From contig NZ_CP047931.1 in NCBI RefSeq assembly GCF_014280175.1, positions 1,710,001 through 1,742,000 of the forward strand: a stretch of DNA of 32,000 nucleotides. The letters are read 5' to 3'. This stretch comes from Synechococcus sp. A15-28 (GTDB lineage Bacteria > Cyanobacteriota > Cyanobacteriia > PCC-6307 > Cyanobiaceae). This document shows positions 9,170 through 17,659 of the stretch, in pieces. Under the pieces are notes generated by a model. The model saw only the letters and a list, made by a program, of their open reading frames with translations, searched no databases and was not told the DNA's origin. Position 1 is the stretch's first letter; each line of letters starts with the position of its first letter. The translations under genes and the position numbers were made by a program.

Positions 9170-9316
9170 TTGGTCCTGATCCGCTGGCTCCACGCTGGAC
9201 GTCGTCTCGAGGAAACGGTTCCTCTCGAGCACGCCCGTCACAGGCGCAACGAACTGGAGGCCCAGGGAGCCACTATCTACTGGAGCGAGAGACTGGTCTC
9301 GACCGGCCTCAGCTGA
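9170..9316 (+). CDS. Possible small protein, 48 aa, TTG start
   Basis: Frame reads [TTG]VLIRWLHAGRRLEETVPLEHARHRRNELEAQGATIYWSERLVSTGLS*. No good SD assessed; could be spurious. Confidence 0.3.
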   Translation: MVLIRWLHAGRRLEETVPLEHARHRRNELEAQGATIYWSERLVSTGLS

Positions 9317-9349
9317 GACGCTGAAGGGAAGACAACGTCCCTGCGTCGG

Positions 9350-9682
9350 ATGAAACGCCATTTTTTCTCCTGGCCACTCATGGCAGTGGCTTGCCTGACC
9401 ATCAGCGGCTGCGGCGCACGGACGTCGCCCTCCAGCGGCGATCAGGCCAGCCAAGCGGCACTGGAGCGGCTGGAACTGCGGGTGAATCAACTGGAGCGAA
9501 AACTCAGCTCCAGAAATCCTGGCAACGCTGAACTCGATCAGAAAGTACCTGCCGGCCCACTTCAGTCCCTCACCCTGCGTCTGGGAACTGACGATGATCG
9601 ATTGCGGCTGTACTGGGCAGATGGTCAATCCAGCGATCTGCTCTGCAGTGAAGAAGGCAGGGGTGTCTGGGCCTGTGGCTAA
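9350..9682 (+). CDS. Predicted lipoprotein, hypothetical (110 aa)
   Basis: MKRHFFSWPLMAVACLTISGC lipobox-like signal, then a short coiled region ALERLELRVNQLERKL. Confidence 0.65.
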   Translation: MKRHFFSWPLMAVACLTISGCGARTSPSSGDQASQAALERLELRVNQLERKLSSRNPGNAELDQKVPAGPLQSLTLRLGTDDDRLRLYWADGQSSDLLCSEEGRGVWACG

Positions 9683-9728
9683 TCCCTTCTGCGCTGATCA
9701 GAGTGGAGTGGCACCCATTGCGATACCG

Positions 9729-10079
9729 ATGCGCCTGTTCAGCCTTCTGCTCACAGGGATGAGCCTGGCTGCCCCTCTGGCTCAGGCCCAAACCCCCTAC
9801 ACCCATGCCCAGACCAAAGCTGCCAACTTCGCCAGGATGCGAGCCGAGAAACTGAATGGAGGTCTGCGTCTATACCGGGCTGACCGTTGCATGTATGTCA
9901 CCCGGGGGGTGGACTGCCTCCTCTCAGCCGACGCCAACGGCTATCGGTTCCTGTTCAAGGGAGGCGCACCGGGCTGGCAACAGCAAACTCCTCCGGCCCC
10001 AACCGTCGAGACCGAAGTGCTGGTTTCCATCGACGGCGATGAGATCCTCGATGTTCCCTACAACGGGTCGCTGCGCTGA
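9729..10079 (+). CDS. Small exported hypothetical protein (116 aa)
   Basis: ATG in frame with track ORF 9594-10079; MRLFSLLLTGMSLAAPLAQAQ is a signal peptide; then C-containing secreted domain CMYVTRGVDCLL. Confidence 0.6.
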   Translation: MRLFSLLLTGMSLAAPLAQAQTPYTHAQTKAANFARMRAEKLNGGLRLYRADRCMYVTRGVDCLLSADANGYRFLFKGGAPGWQQQTPPAPTVETEVLVSIDGDEILDVPYNGSLR

Positions 10080-10082
10080 AGC

Positions 10083-11072
10083 TCAGGTCATCAGCTGAGC
10101 CAGAGCTCGGCCCCAACTGGAATCGAACGGCCAGACCTCTCGGCGGGTCATCGAAAAGGCGATTCTCTTCTCGGCATAGGCCGCCTCGTTGATGAACACC
10201 GGCCAGGCCTCTCCTCGGTCCAGCGCAAAGGGCACCGTCTCTCCACAGGGCAGTTCAAACGCTGCGGCTCCACCACGCAAAGGCTGCCAGTCCTGTCCCT
10301 GCAGCTGAGGGTGAACCATGGCAGCCAGGCGATTGCGTTGATCACGCGGGAGATCCACACTGCCGATGTGACGATGCACCACAAGGCTGTGGGGATCACG
10401 GCCTCGCCCCGCCCTTGCCGCGGCCAATTGCTGAAGACAGGTTTCAAGGGCGATCCGGGTCTGACGCACCACCCGAGCGTCCAGAACGCCCTGCGGCACG
10501 GGCCCCACTTCGATCACCAGTCCGCAGGGCCATTGCTCCACCAGAAATCCGGTCTGGGCCGCATCGGCCTCATGGAGGTAGACCGGCAGTCCAAGGGCCC
10601 CTTGCACCCGTGCCGCCAAGGCCAGATCGGCGGGACGGCGGCCGTACACCACCAGACAGTTGCCCATCGCCGCTGTTGTGCTGTGCAGATCCAGGGCCAC
10701 CCGACAGGGGGTCGCGCTCTCAGGGCCATGCACCGCGAGAAGCTGACGGGCACGCTTCCGTTCCACCTCCTGCCCCCTCTGATTCAACAGATCCGGTGTG
10801 AAGCAGCGGTTGAGATCACGGTCGATGTAGCGACGGTTGACGGCGCGCGCTTCGGGATTGCCGATCTCCAGGGCAAGCGACAGTCCAGCGGTGTCCAGCA
10901 GAGCCGGCTGCTCACGCCACTGGTCGACCAGCCAGGCCCCATTGACTTCATTCCCATGGGTGCCACCCACCACCAGCACATCGCAGCCGGCCATCACGAC
11001 GCTTGGAAACCGAACTGACTGAAGCATGGGAACCCGCAAGACTGATGCCAACGGCAACTGAGCCATGGCCAT
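10083..11072 (-). CDS. Aspartoacylase / succinylglutamate desuccinylase-like zinc carboxypeptidase
   Basis: 329 aa; [62 protein letters not shown] motifs. Confidence 0.88.
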   Translation of the reverse strand: MAMAQLPLASVLRVPMLQSVRFPSVVMAGCDVLVVGGTHGNEVNGAWLVDQWREQPALLDTAGLSLALEIGNPEARAVNRRYIDRDLNRCFTPDLLNQRGQEVERKRARQLLAVHGPESATPCRVALDLHSTTAAMGNCLVVYGRRPADLALAARVQGALGLPVYLHEADAAQTGFLVEQWPCGLVIEVGPVPQGVLDARVVRQTRIALETCLQQLAAARAGRGRDPHSLVVHRHIGSVDLPRDQRNRLAAMVHPQLQGQDWQPLRGGAAAFELPCGETVPFALDRGEAWPVFINEAAYAEKRIAFSMTRREVWPFDSSWGRALAQLMT

Positions 11073-12036
11073 TCCCCCGGCTCTTGTGATCGCTGCCCGC
11101 CAGGGCTGGCGATGGCAATGGCAGCGCTTGATGGGAGGCCTTGGCCCGGCTGATGCGGAAGGGAATTACCGACGACCGAGCAGCGATCACCTCAGCGCCA
11201 CCCTTCCCCCCTCCATCGAAGCCACGCTTCCGGAGCAGCGCCGACCCTTGCTGATCCTTGGGAGAAGTTGTCCATGGGCCCATCGCACCTGGCTGGTGCA
11301 TCGACTGCGGCGGCTCGACAGCAGCCTCACCCCGCTGATGGCGACGGCTGACTATCATGCCGGCCGCTGGCAACTGAATCCTCCCTGGCAGGGATGCCAG
11401 ACCTTGCTGGAGCTCTACCGGCGCTGCGGTGCGCCCCCCTCGTACCGGGCCACCGTGCCGGTGCTGGTGGATCCCAGCGGGCCTCGGATCCTCGGCAATG
11501 AAAGCGCCCAGTTGGTGGAGCTACTGAACCAATGGCCCGCACCGGCTGAGGCACCGGATCTGGCACCAGAGCAGTTGAAGGATGACATCGACCGTTGGCA
11601 ATCACTGCTGCAACCGGCCGTCAATGACGGGGTGTACCGCTGCGGGTTCGCCCGAACACAGGCGGCCTACGACCGCGCCGAAACAGATCTCTTCAGTGCC
11701 CTTGAACAGGCGGAGCAAGCCCTTGAGGATGGGCGCTCCTGGTTCTGCGGCGATCAGCTCACCCTGGCGGATGTTCGCCTGTTCCCCACCTTGATCCGCT
11801 GGGAGCTCGTCTACGCCCCTCTGTTCGGTTGCAGCCGCCGCCCCCTTTGGCAGTACCCCAATCTTTGGCGTTGGCGGCAGCGCTTCCACACGCTTCCTGG
11901 AGTGAACGACACCTGTGATGCCGAAGCCTGGCGCCACGATTACTTCGGGGCTTTGTTCCCCCTGAATCCCGGCGGAATTGTTCCGGCCGGCCCTGAGCTG
12001 AGCACACTGGTCCATGCCGGCATTCCAAGGCCATGA
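11065..12036 (+). CDS. Glutathione S-transferase-like protein (omega/Xi type)
   Basis: 323 aa; [22 protein letters not shown] ... [27 protein letters not shown] ... [22 protein letters not shown]. Confidence 0.8.
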   Translation: MAIPPALVIAARQGWRWQWQRLMGGLGPADAEGNYRRPSSDHLSATLPPSIEATLPEQRRPLLILGRSCPWAHRTWLVHRLRRLDSSLTPLMATADYHAGRWQLNPPWQGCQTLLELYRRCGAPPSYRATVPVLVDPSGPRILGNESAQLVELLNQWPAPAEAPDLAPEQLKDDIDRWQSLLQPAVNDGVYRCGFARTQAAYDRAETDLFSALEQAEQALEDGRSWFCGDQLTLADVRLFPTLIRWELVYAPLFGCSRRPLWQYPNLWRWRQRFHTLPGVNDTCDAEAWRHDYFGALFPLNPGGIVPAGPELSTLVHAGIPRP

Positions 12037-12671
12037 CAACGGCTGATCCGCAATTTGAAGGGGTCTACGGCCCTTACTCGATCACCGAAACCGACCGCCG
12101 GGAGGTGCAGCGCTACCGCCTGGCATTGCTGACCACCGGTCTGGCGCTGCTGGCGGGGGTCCTGCATTGCTGGCTGCTGGGCGCCCGCTGGGCCTGGCTC
12201 TGGATCCTGCCCATGAGCACCGGCCTTGGACTGGCCCTGCTCTGGATTCACATCTACCTCCGGCCTCTGCACCGGGCGCTTCAGCTGTTCTGGTTTGTGG
12301 GCTGCATCGGCTGGGGCATGCTGCTGATCAGTGCAGGGCCGACCCATGCCCTGATCACCGTGGCGGATCAACCGCTCTGGATCCTGGCGATCGGCCCCCT
12401 GTTCGCCGCCCTGGCAGGCATCGGCTTCAAGGAGTTCTTCTGCTTTCAGCGCCCTGAGGCGATCGGCCTCACCCTGCTGCTGCCACTGGCTCTTCTGGGG
12501 CAACTGCTCGGCCTGACCAATCCCCAGCTCTGCCTCACCTTGATGGCAGTGGCGGCTGCTCTGCTGGTGGTTCTCGCCCTGCGCAAGTTCGGGATGGAAG
12601 CCGCCGCCGATGTGGGCGATAAGACCGTGTTTGCTTATCTAGACGGTCAACGTCCCGAGCGCACCTCGTGA
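12033..12671 (+). CDS. DUF2301-like cyanobacterial integral membrane protein
   Basis: 212 aa; YSITETDRREVQRYRLALL and multiple TM segments with GCIGWGMLLISAG; overlaps neighbours by 4 bp. Confidence 0.65.
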   Translation: MTTADPQFEGVYGPYSITETDRREVQRYRLALLTTGLALLAGVLHCWLLGARWAWLWILPMSTGLGLALLWIHIYLRPLHRALQLFWFVGCIGWGMLLISAGPTHALITVADQPLWILAIGPLFAALAGIGFKEFFCFQRPEAIGLTLLLPLALLGQLLGLTNPQLCLTLMAVAAALLVVLALRKFGMEAAADVGDKTVFAYLDGQRPERTS

Positions 12672-14569
12672 GTCTGATCAGCCTTGTGGGTGCTGCCAAG
12701 GACTTCGGCATCCGCACCCTGTTTGCCGATCTTGAGCTGCACATCGGTGAGGGGGAACGGTTGGGGCTGATCGGCCCGAACGGGGCCGGCAAATCGACCC
12801 TGCTGAAGGTGCTGGCGGGCAGCGAACCTCTGGGGGCAGGAGAACGGCGCTGTTCTCCGCGGTTGCGGGTGGAGCTGGTGGGTCAGGAGAGTCGTGTCAC
12901 CCCTGGCCTCACCGTGCTGGAGCAGGTGCTTGAAGGATGCGGTGCCAAGAGGGATCTGCTGCTGCGCTTCAGCGCCCTCAGCGATGCGGTGGCGGCGGCC
13001 CCAGAGGACGAAACCCTGCTGGCCGAACTGGGCCAGCTGAGCCAGCGCATGGACGATGAGGAGGCCTGGAGCCTCGAGCAGCAATGCCGTGAAGTCCTGC
13101 AGAAGCTGGGCATCAGCGACCTCCAACGTCCGGTGGCGGATCTGTCTGGGGGCTATCGGAAGCGGGTTGGCTTGGCCTCCGCCCTGGTGGCCTGCCCGGA
13201 TGTGCTGCTGCTGGATGAGCCCACCAACCATCTGGATGCCGCCGCTGTGGAGTGGCTGCAGAGCTGGTTGGACCGCTACCCAGGGGCCCTGGTGCTGGTC
13301 ACCCACGACCGCTATGTGCTCGATCGGGTCACCACCCGCATGGTGGAAGTGGACCGCGGCCGGGCCCGCACTTACCAGGGGAACTACAGCACCTTTCTGC
13401 AGCACAAGGCAGATGAGGAGGCCTCGGAAGCGTCCTCCGCCGCCAAGTTCCGTGGTGTTCTGCGGCGGGAGCTGGCCTGGCTCCGGCAGGGACCCAAAGC
13501 CCGCAGCACCAAACAGAAAGCACGCATCCAGCGCATCGAGGCCATGCGCGAGGCACCCGTCCAACAGGGGCGCAAAACCCTGGAGATGGCCAGCGTCAGC
13601 CGCCGCATCGGCAAGCTCGTGATCGAGGCCGAAGCCGTGGGGGTGACCGCCGATGGTCATCCCGAAGGACGATCGCTTCTGCGGGACTTCAGCTACAGCT
13701 TCAGCCCGGAGGATCGCATCGGCATCATCGGGCCGAACGGCAGTGGCAAATCGACTCTGTTGGATCTGTTCGCCGGTCGGCGCCAGACCACCTCTGGGAT
13801 GTTGCGGCTCGGAGAGACCGTCCACATCGGCTACCTCGACCAGCACACCGAGGCTTTCACCGCGGGGAAGGGACTTCAACGCAAGGTGATCGAATTCGTT
13901 GAGGAAGCCGCCAGCCGCATCGAAGTTGGCGGTGAGCAGATCACCGCGTCCCAACTGCTGGAACGGTTCCTGTTCCCCCCGGCCCAGCAGCACAGCCCCC
14001 TGGCGAAGCTCTCCGGCGGTGAGCGTCGGCGTCTGACCCTGTGTCGGATGCTGATCCAGGCCCCGAATGTCCTGCTTCTGGATGAGCCGACCAACGACCT
14101 CGACGTTCGCACCCTGAGCGTTCTGGAGGACTTTCTCGAGGACTTCCGGGGCTGCGTGATCGTGGTGTCCCACGACCGTTACTTTCTCGACCGCACCGTC
14201 GACCGTCTGTTCTGTTTCGAGGAGGGTCGCCTCCAACGATTCGAAGGCAACTACAGCGCGTTCCTCGAACAGCAGCGTCAGCTGGAACGGCAACGAACGT
14301 CAGCGACGGCTCCAGCTGCCAGGGGAGACGCCCACCAAACCAAGGCAAAAGCAGCAGGTCCGAGACGTCGCAGCTTCAAGGAAACCAAGGAACTGCAGCA
14401 ACTGGATCAGCGCTTACCTCAACTGGAACAGCACAGAGCCGCTCTGGAGGAGAAGATAGCTTCCAATGGAACGGATCTCTCTGAGCTCAGTGTGGAACTG
14501 GCGGAGCTGATTGCCACCATTGAGGCCGCTGAAGAGCGATGGCTGGAACTCAGCGAGCTTCAAGACTGA
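12668..14569 (+). CDS. ABC-F family ATPase
   Basis: 633 aa; two ATPase modules (GPNGAGKSTLLKVLAG and GPNGSGKSTLLDLFAG), LSGGYRKRVGLASAL and LSGGERRRLTLCRML, no TM segments. Confidence 0.93.
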   Translation: MSLISLVGAAKDFGIRTLFADLELHIGEGERLGLIGPNGAGKSTLLKVLAGSEPLGAGERRCSPRLRVELVGQESRVTPGLTVLEQVLEGCGAKRDLLLRFSALSDAVAAAPEDETLLAELGQLSQRMDDEEAWSLEQQCREVLQKLGISDLQRPVADLSGGYRKRVGLASALVACPDVLLLDEPTNHLDAAAVEWLQSWLDRYPGALVLVTHDRYVLDRVTTRMVEVDRGRARTYQGNYSTFLQHKADEEASEASSAAKFRGVLRRELAWLRQGPKARSTKQKARIQRIEAMREAPVQQGRKTLEMASVSRRIGKLVIEAEAVGVTADGHPEGRSLLRDFSYSFSPEDRIGIIGPNGSGKSTLLDLFAGRRQTTSGMLRLGETVHIGYLDQHTEAFTAGKGLQRKVIEFVEEAASRIEVGGEQITASQLLERFLFPPAQQHSPLAKLSGGERRRLTLCRMLIQAPNVLLLDEPTNDLDVRTLSVLEDFLEDFRGCVIVVSHDRYFLDRTVDRLFCFEEGRLQRFEGNYSAFLEQQRQLERQRTSATAPAARGDAHQTKAKAAGPRRRSFKETKELQQLDQRLPQLEQHRAALEEKIASNGTDLSELSVELAELIATIEAAEERWLELSELQD

Positions 14570-14652
14570 TGTCAGCGAACGGTTGAAAAGGACGTCTCAG
14601 GAGCAGGAACTGGTTATCGGCCGTAAGGTGATGAAGGCAGAAAAGTGTTCCC

Positions 14653-14871
14653 ATGAAATCGATCGACGAGCACATCCAGAAGGACAAAACCGACATCGAA
14701 GCGGCCAAGGCAGCTGGCGATGAAGCCAAGGTCCGCCATCTCGAGGGTGAACTTCATTCGCTCGAGGAATACAAGGAGCACAACCCCGAGGACAAGCACG
14801 ACCCCACTCCCCTGGAGTTGTATTGCGATTCCAACCCAGAGGCTGACGAGTGTCGCGTTTACGACGACTGA
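14653..14871 (+). CDS. CP12-like Calvin cycle regulatory protein, C-terminal Cys pair only
   Basis: 72 aa MKSIDEHIQ...LELYCDSNPEADECRVYDD; matches the CP12 C-terminal motif CxxNPxxxECxxYDD. Confidence 0.82.
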   Translation: MKSIDEHIQKDKTDIEAAKAAGDEAKVRHLEGELHSLEEYKEHNPEDKHDPTPLELYCDSNPEADECRVYDD

Positions 14872-14883
14872 ACCCCACTGCGA

Positions 14884-14910
14884 GGGGGATGAGCCAACTC
14901 AGCCCCCCTT
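14884..14910. terminator. Hairpin between convergent CP12-like gene and 14920 ORF, possible terminator
   Basis: GGGGG-a-TGAG-ccaa-CTCA-g-CCCCC stem with one mismatch; weak T tract on either strand. Confidence 0.4.
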
Positions 14911-14919
14911 ATCCATGAC

Positions 14920-15123
14920 TCAATACTCCTCGTTGTAATCCGAGGGGCTGCCGGTGAGGCTGCAAACCACAGCTTCTTCGTTCTTCATGGCCTGCACCTT
15001 GGCGATGGGGCGGCCCATGCGTTTGAGCACAGCAACGTCCAGTTCGGTCTGACAGCGGGCGATGACAGATCCCTTGTCATCCAGGCAGGTGTAGAAGGTC
15101 ATCACAGGGTGGTGGATCACCAT
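14920..15123 (-). CDS. Conserved-looking hypothetical protein (67 aa; may extend to GTG at 15177)
   Basis: MVIHHPVMTFYTCLDDKGSVIARCQTELDVAVLKRMGRPIAKVQAMKNEEAVVCSLTGSPSDYNEEY; located just downstream of obg on the same strand. Confidence 0.5.
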   Translation of the reverse strand: MVIHHPVMTFYTCLDDKGSVIARCQTELDVAVLKRMGRPIAKVQAMKNEEAVVCSLTGSPSDYNEEY

Positions 15124-15197
15124 TCCGTTATGGCGATGTCTGGGGACATTCACAACCACCGATGTGGTTGCCGACACGGATGAAATCCGATCAGTTC

Positions 15198-16190
15198 CTA
15201 AGGAATTCCGAGTTCCTTCCAGACCCGTTCCAGCAGATGATCAAGATTGGCCCCCATCGCCGCTGAAATGCAAAGTGGCGAGCGGCCACTGGTTTCTTCC
15301 AGCTCACGACTGAGTTCCTGTCGTTGCTCATCGAGCAGCAGTTCCTGTTTGTTCAGCACCAACAGCCGTGGACGATCCACCAGGCCATGGCCATAGGCCT
15401 CCAATTCCTTTTCCACGACACGCAGATCGCCGACGGGATCATCAGCTCCTGCATCGACAACGTGAATCAGGAGCCTGGTGCGCTCGATGTGACGTAGAAA
15501 ATCGTGCCCCAACCCGGCGCCCTGGGCAGCACCGGCAATCAACCCAGGGATGTCGGCAAAAACGGTGCCATCTCCACTGGGTCGTCGTACGACGCCGAGA
15601 TTGGGCACGAGGGTGGTGAAGGGATAGTCGGCGATTTTGGGGCGAGCTGCCGACAGCACAGCGATCAGGGTGCTCTTTCCGGCATTGGGCAAGCCGATGA
15701 TTCCCACCTCCGCCAAAAGCTTCAGTTCCAGCTGTAGGGGCCATTCCTCCCCATCCCGCCCTTCAGTGAATTTCTCGGGCGCACGGTTGCGATTGCTGAG
15801 GTAATGGGCATTGCCCAATCCGCCGCGGCCGCCGAACGCCACGGTCAAGCGTTCACCGGGCGCGGTCAGATCCCCCAGAAGGATGCCGGTGGTGAGATGT
15901 CGCACCTCGGTTCCGCACGGGACATTGATCACCAGATCCCGGCCGGAGGCTCCCGTGCACTTGTTCGGGCCACCTCGCCGGCCATCATCCGCAGCGAACA
16001 ACCGCTTGTATTTGAAGTCGAGCAGGGTCTGAAGGTTGCTGTCCGCCTCCAGCACCACCGGTCCGCCATGGCCACCGTCTCCTCCGGAGGGGCCACCAGC
16101 CGGGACGTATTTCTCCCGACGAAAGGCGGCGATGCCATCTCCACCACGCCCCCCGCGCACCGTGATCCGTGCCTGATCAATGAATTGCAC
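15198..16190 (-). CDS. obg: Obg/CgtA GTPase
   Basis: [41 protein letters not shown]; [11 protein letters not shown]; NKQELL. Likely GTG start at 16190 (VQFIDQARI); track ORF extends to 16211. Confidence 0.95.
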   Translation of the reverse strand: MQFIDQARITVRGGRGGDGIAAFRREKYVPAGGPSGGDGGHGGPVVLEADSNLQTLLDFKYKRLFAADDGRRGGPNKCTGASGRDLVINVPCGTEVRHLTTGILLGDLTAPGERLTVAFGGRGGLGNAHYLSNRNRAPEKFTEGRDGEEWPLQLELKLLAEVGIIGLPNAGKSTLIAVLSAARPKIADYPFTTLVPNLGVVRRPSGDGTVFADIPGLIAGAAQGAGLGHDFLRHIERTRLLIHVVDAGADDPVGDLRVVEKELEAYGHGLVDRPRLLVLNKQELLLDEQRQELSRELEETSGRSPLCISAAMGANLDHLLERVWKELGIP

Positions 16191-16248
16191 GGCGCCACGC
16201 GTTGGATCCAACGAACAACCCTAGGATTCGGCCGCTGCAGATCAGCCG

Positions 16249-17472
16249 TTGGCCGGCGTCCGTTTCGAAGCCCTCAGCAAGACCTACCCCGGACGTCGTG
16301 GATCGGCCCCTGTTCAGGTGATCCGCGATCTGGACCTCAGCATTGAGGACGGAGAGTTCCTGGTGCTAGTGGGACCGTCGGGTTGTGGGAAAAGCACCTT
16401 GTTGCGGCTGCTGGCGGGCTTGGAACGCCCCACGGCAGGCGAAATTGTCATCGGCGAGCGGTCCGTGAGCCAGGTGAGGCCTGGTCGCCGCGATGTGGCC
16501 ATGGTCTTCCAGAGCTACGCGCTCTACCCCCATCTCAGCGTGAGGGACAACCTCAGTTTCGGCCTGCGGCGCAGCCGCCATCGCAGCCTGCCCCAGCAGT
16601 TTCAGGATCAGCTCACTCAGTTCAGTCGTCGATTTCCCGCCTTCCTCAGGGTGCGATCTCCACGAGAGGACTTGATTGAGCAGCGTGTTCAATCGGTCGC
16701 CCAGGCTCTGGAACTGGAACCACTGCTGGACCGTCTGCCCAAGGAGCTCTCCGGCGGGCAGAAGCAACGGGTCGCCCTGGGTCGGGCCATGGCGCGCAAG
16801 CCGTCGGTGTTTCTGATGGATGAACCGCTCAGCAACCTGGATGCCAAGCTGCGCAACAGCACCCGAACCCGCATCGTCGATCTGCAGCGGGAGCTGGGCA
16901 CGACAACGGTCTACGTCACCCATGACCAGGTGGAAGCCATGACCATGGGGCACCGCATCGCTGTGCTCAATCAGGGGCGCCTGCAGCAGCTCGGCACCCC
17001 GATGGACCTTTACCAATGGCCGTCAAATCTGTTTGTGGCTCAGTTCATCGGCAGTCCACCGATGACGATGCTTCCTGTGGTGATCGGCCCTGGCTCCACT
17101 TTGCTTCTTGGTCCGAAACGCCTGTCGGTGGAGGGCCCTGTGGCGGCAGCCCTGCCCGCACTGGAAGGCCAGACGCTGACGGCGGGCCTGCGACCGGAGG
17201 GTTGGCGTGTGGCGCCGGCCACCAACCGCAACCTGCCGGCGACGGTGATCCACCGCGAAGTGCTGGGCAACGAGCAACTGATCAGCTGTCGCCTGCACGA
17301 TGGTGACCATCTGGTGCAGATTCGAGCCACCCCCGACGTCAAAGCCGTTCCCGACGATGTGCTGCATCTGGATCCAGAGCCCTGTGGCTGGCGGCTGTTC
17401 GACACCGATGGAGAGGCGATCACATGCCGGGATCCCCTGGCTGACGGTCCAAAGCTGCCCGAGCTGAATTGA
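16249..17472 (+). CDS. MalK/UgpC-type sugar ABC transporter ATP-binding protein
   Basis: 407 aa; [73 protein letters not shown]-terminal OB-type domain. Confidence 0.9.
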   Translation: MAGVRFEALSKTYPGRRGSAPVQVIRDLDLSIEDGEFLVLVGPSGCGKSTLLRLLAGLERPTAGEIVIGERSVSQVRPGRRDVAMVFQSYALYPHLSVRDNLSFGLRRSRHRSLPQQFQDQLTQFSRRFPAFLRVRSPREDLIEQRVQSVAQALELEPLLDRLPKELSGGQKQRVALGRAMARKPSVFLMDEPLSNLDAKLRNSTRTRIVDLQRELGTTTVYVTHDQVEAMTMGHRIAVLNQGRLQQLGTPMDLYQWPSNLFVAQFIGSPPMTMLPVVIGPGSTLLLGPKRLSVEGPVAAALPALEGQTLTAGLRPEGWRVAPATNRNLPATVIHREVLGNEQLISCRLHDGDHLVQIRATPDVKAVPDDVLHLDPEPCGWRLFDTDGEAITCRDPLADGPKLPELN

Positions 17473-17637
17473 TCAGCGCTCCATCAGGTTGTAGGCCCCG
17501 TTGGAGTCGTCGTCCTCCTTACAGACTTCCTGGCCGGACACCGTCTGATTGGTCTGGCACTCAGCACGGCTGAGCGGAGGGACACCCAGGGCAATGATCA
17601 GCAGGATCAAGGCCACCGACAGCGGGTTGTTCAACAC
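17473..17637 (-). CDS. Small exported hypothetical protein (54 aa)
   Basis: GTG-start reading gives VLNNPLSVALILLIIALGVPPLSRA | ECQTNQTVSGQEVCKEDDDSNGAYNLMER, a signal peptide plus a 29-aa tail with two Cys. Confidence 0.45.
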   Translation of the reverse strand: MLNNPLSVALILLIIALGVPPLSRAECQTNQTVSGQEVCKEDDDSNGAYNLMER

Positions 17638-17659
17638 GGCTGCTCGACAGAAGTCGCCC

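Noticed and set aside
12647-14293. 548-aa minus-strand ORF opposite the ABC-F gene
   Set aside because: Shadow ORF of a GC-rich coding sequence; the plus strand has unambiguous ABC-F motifs.
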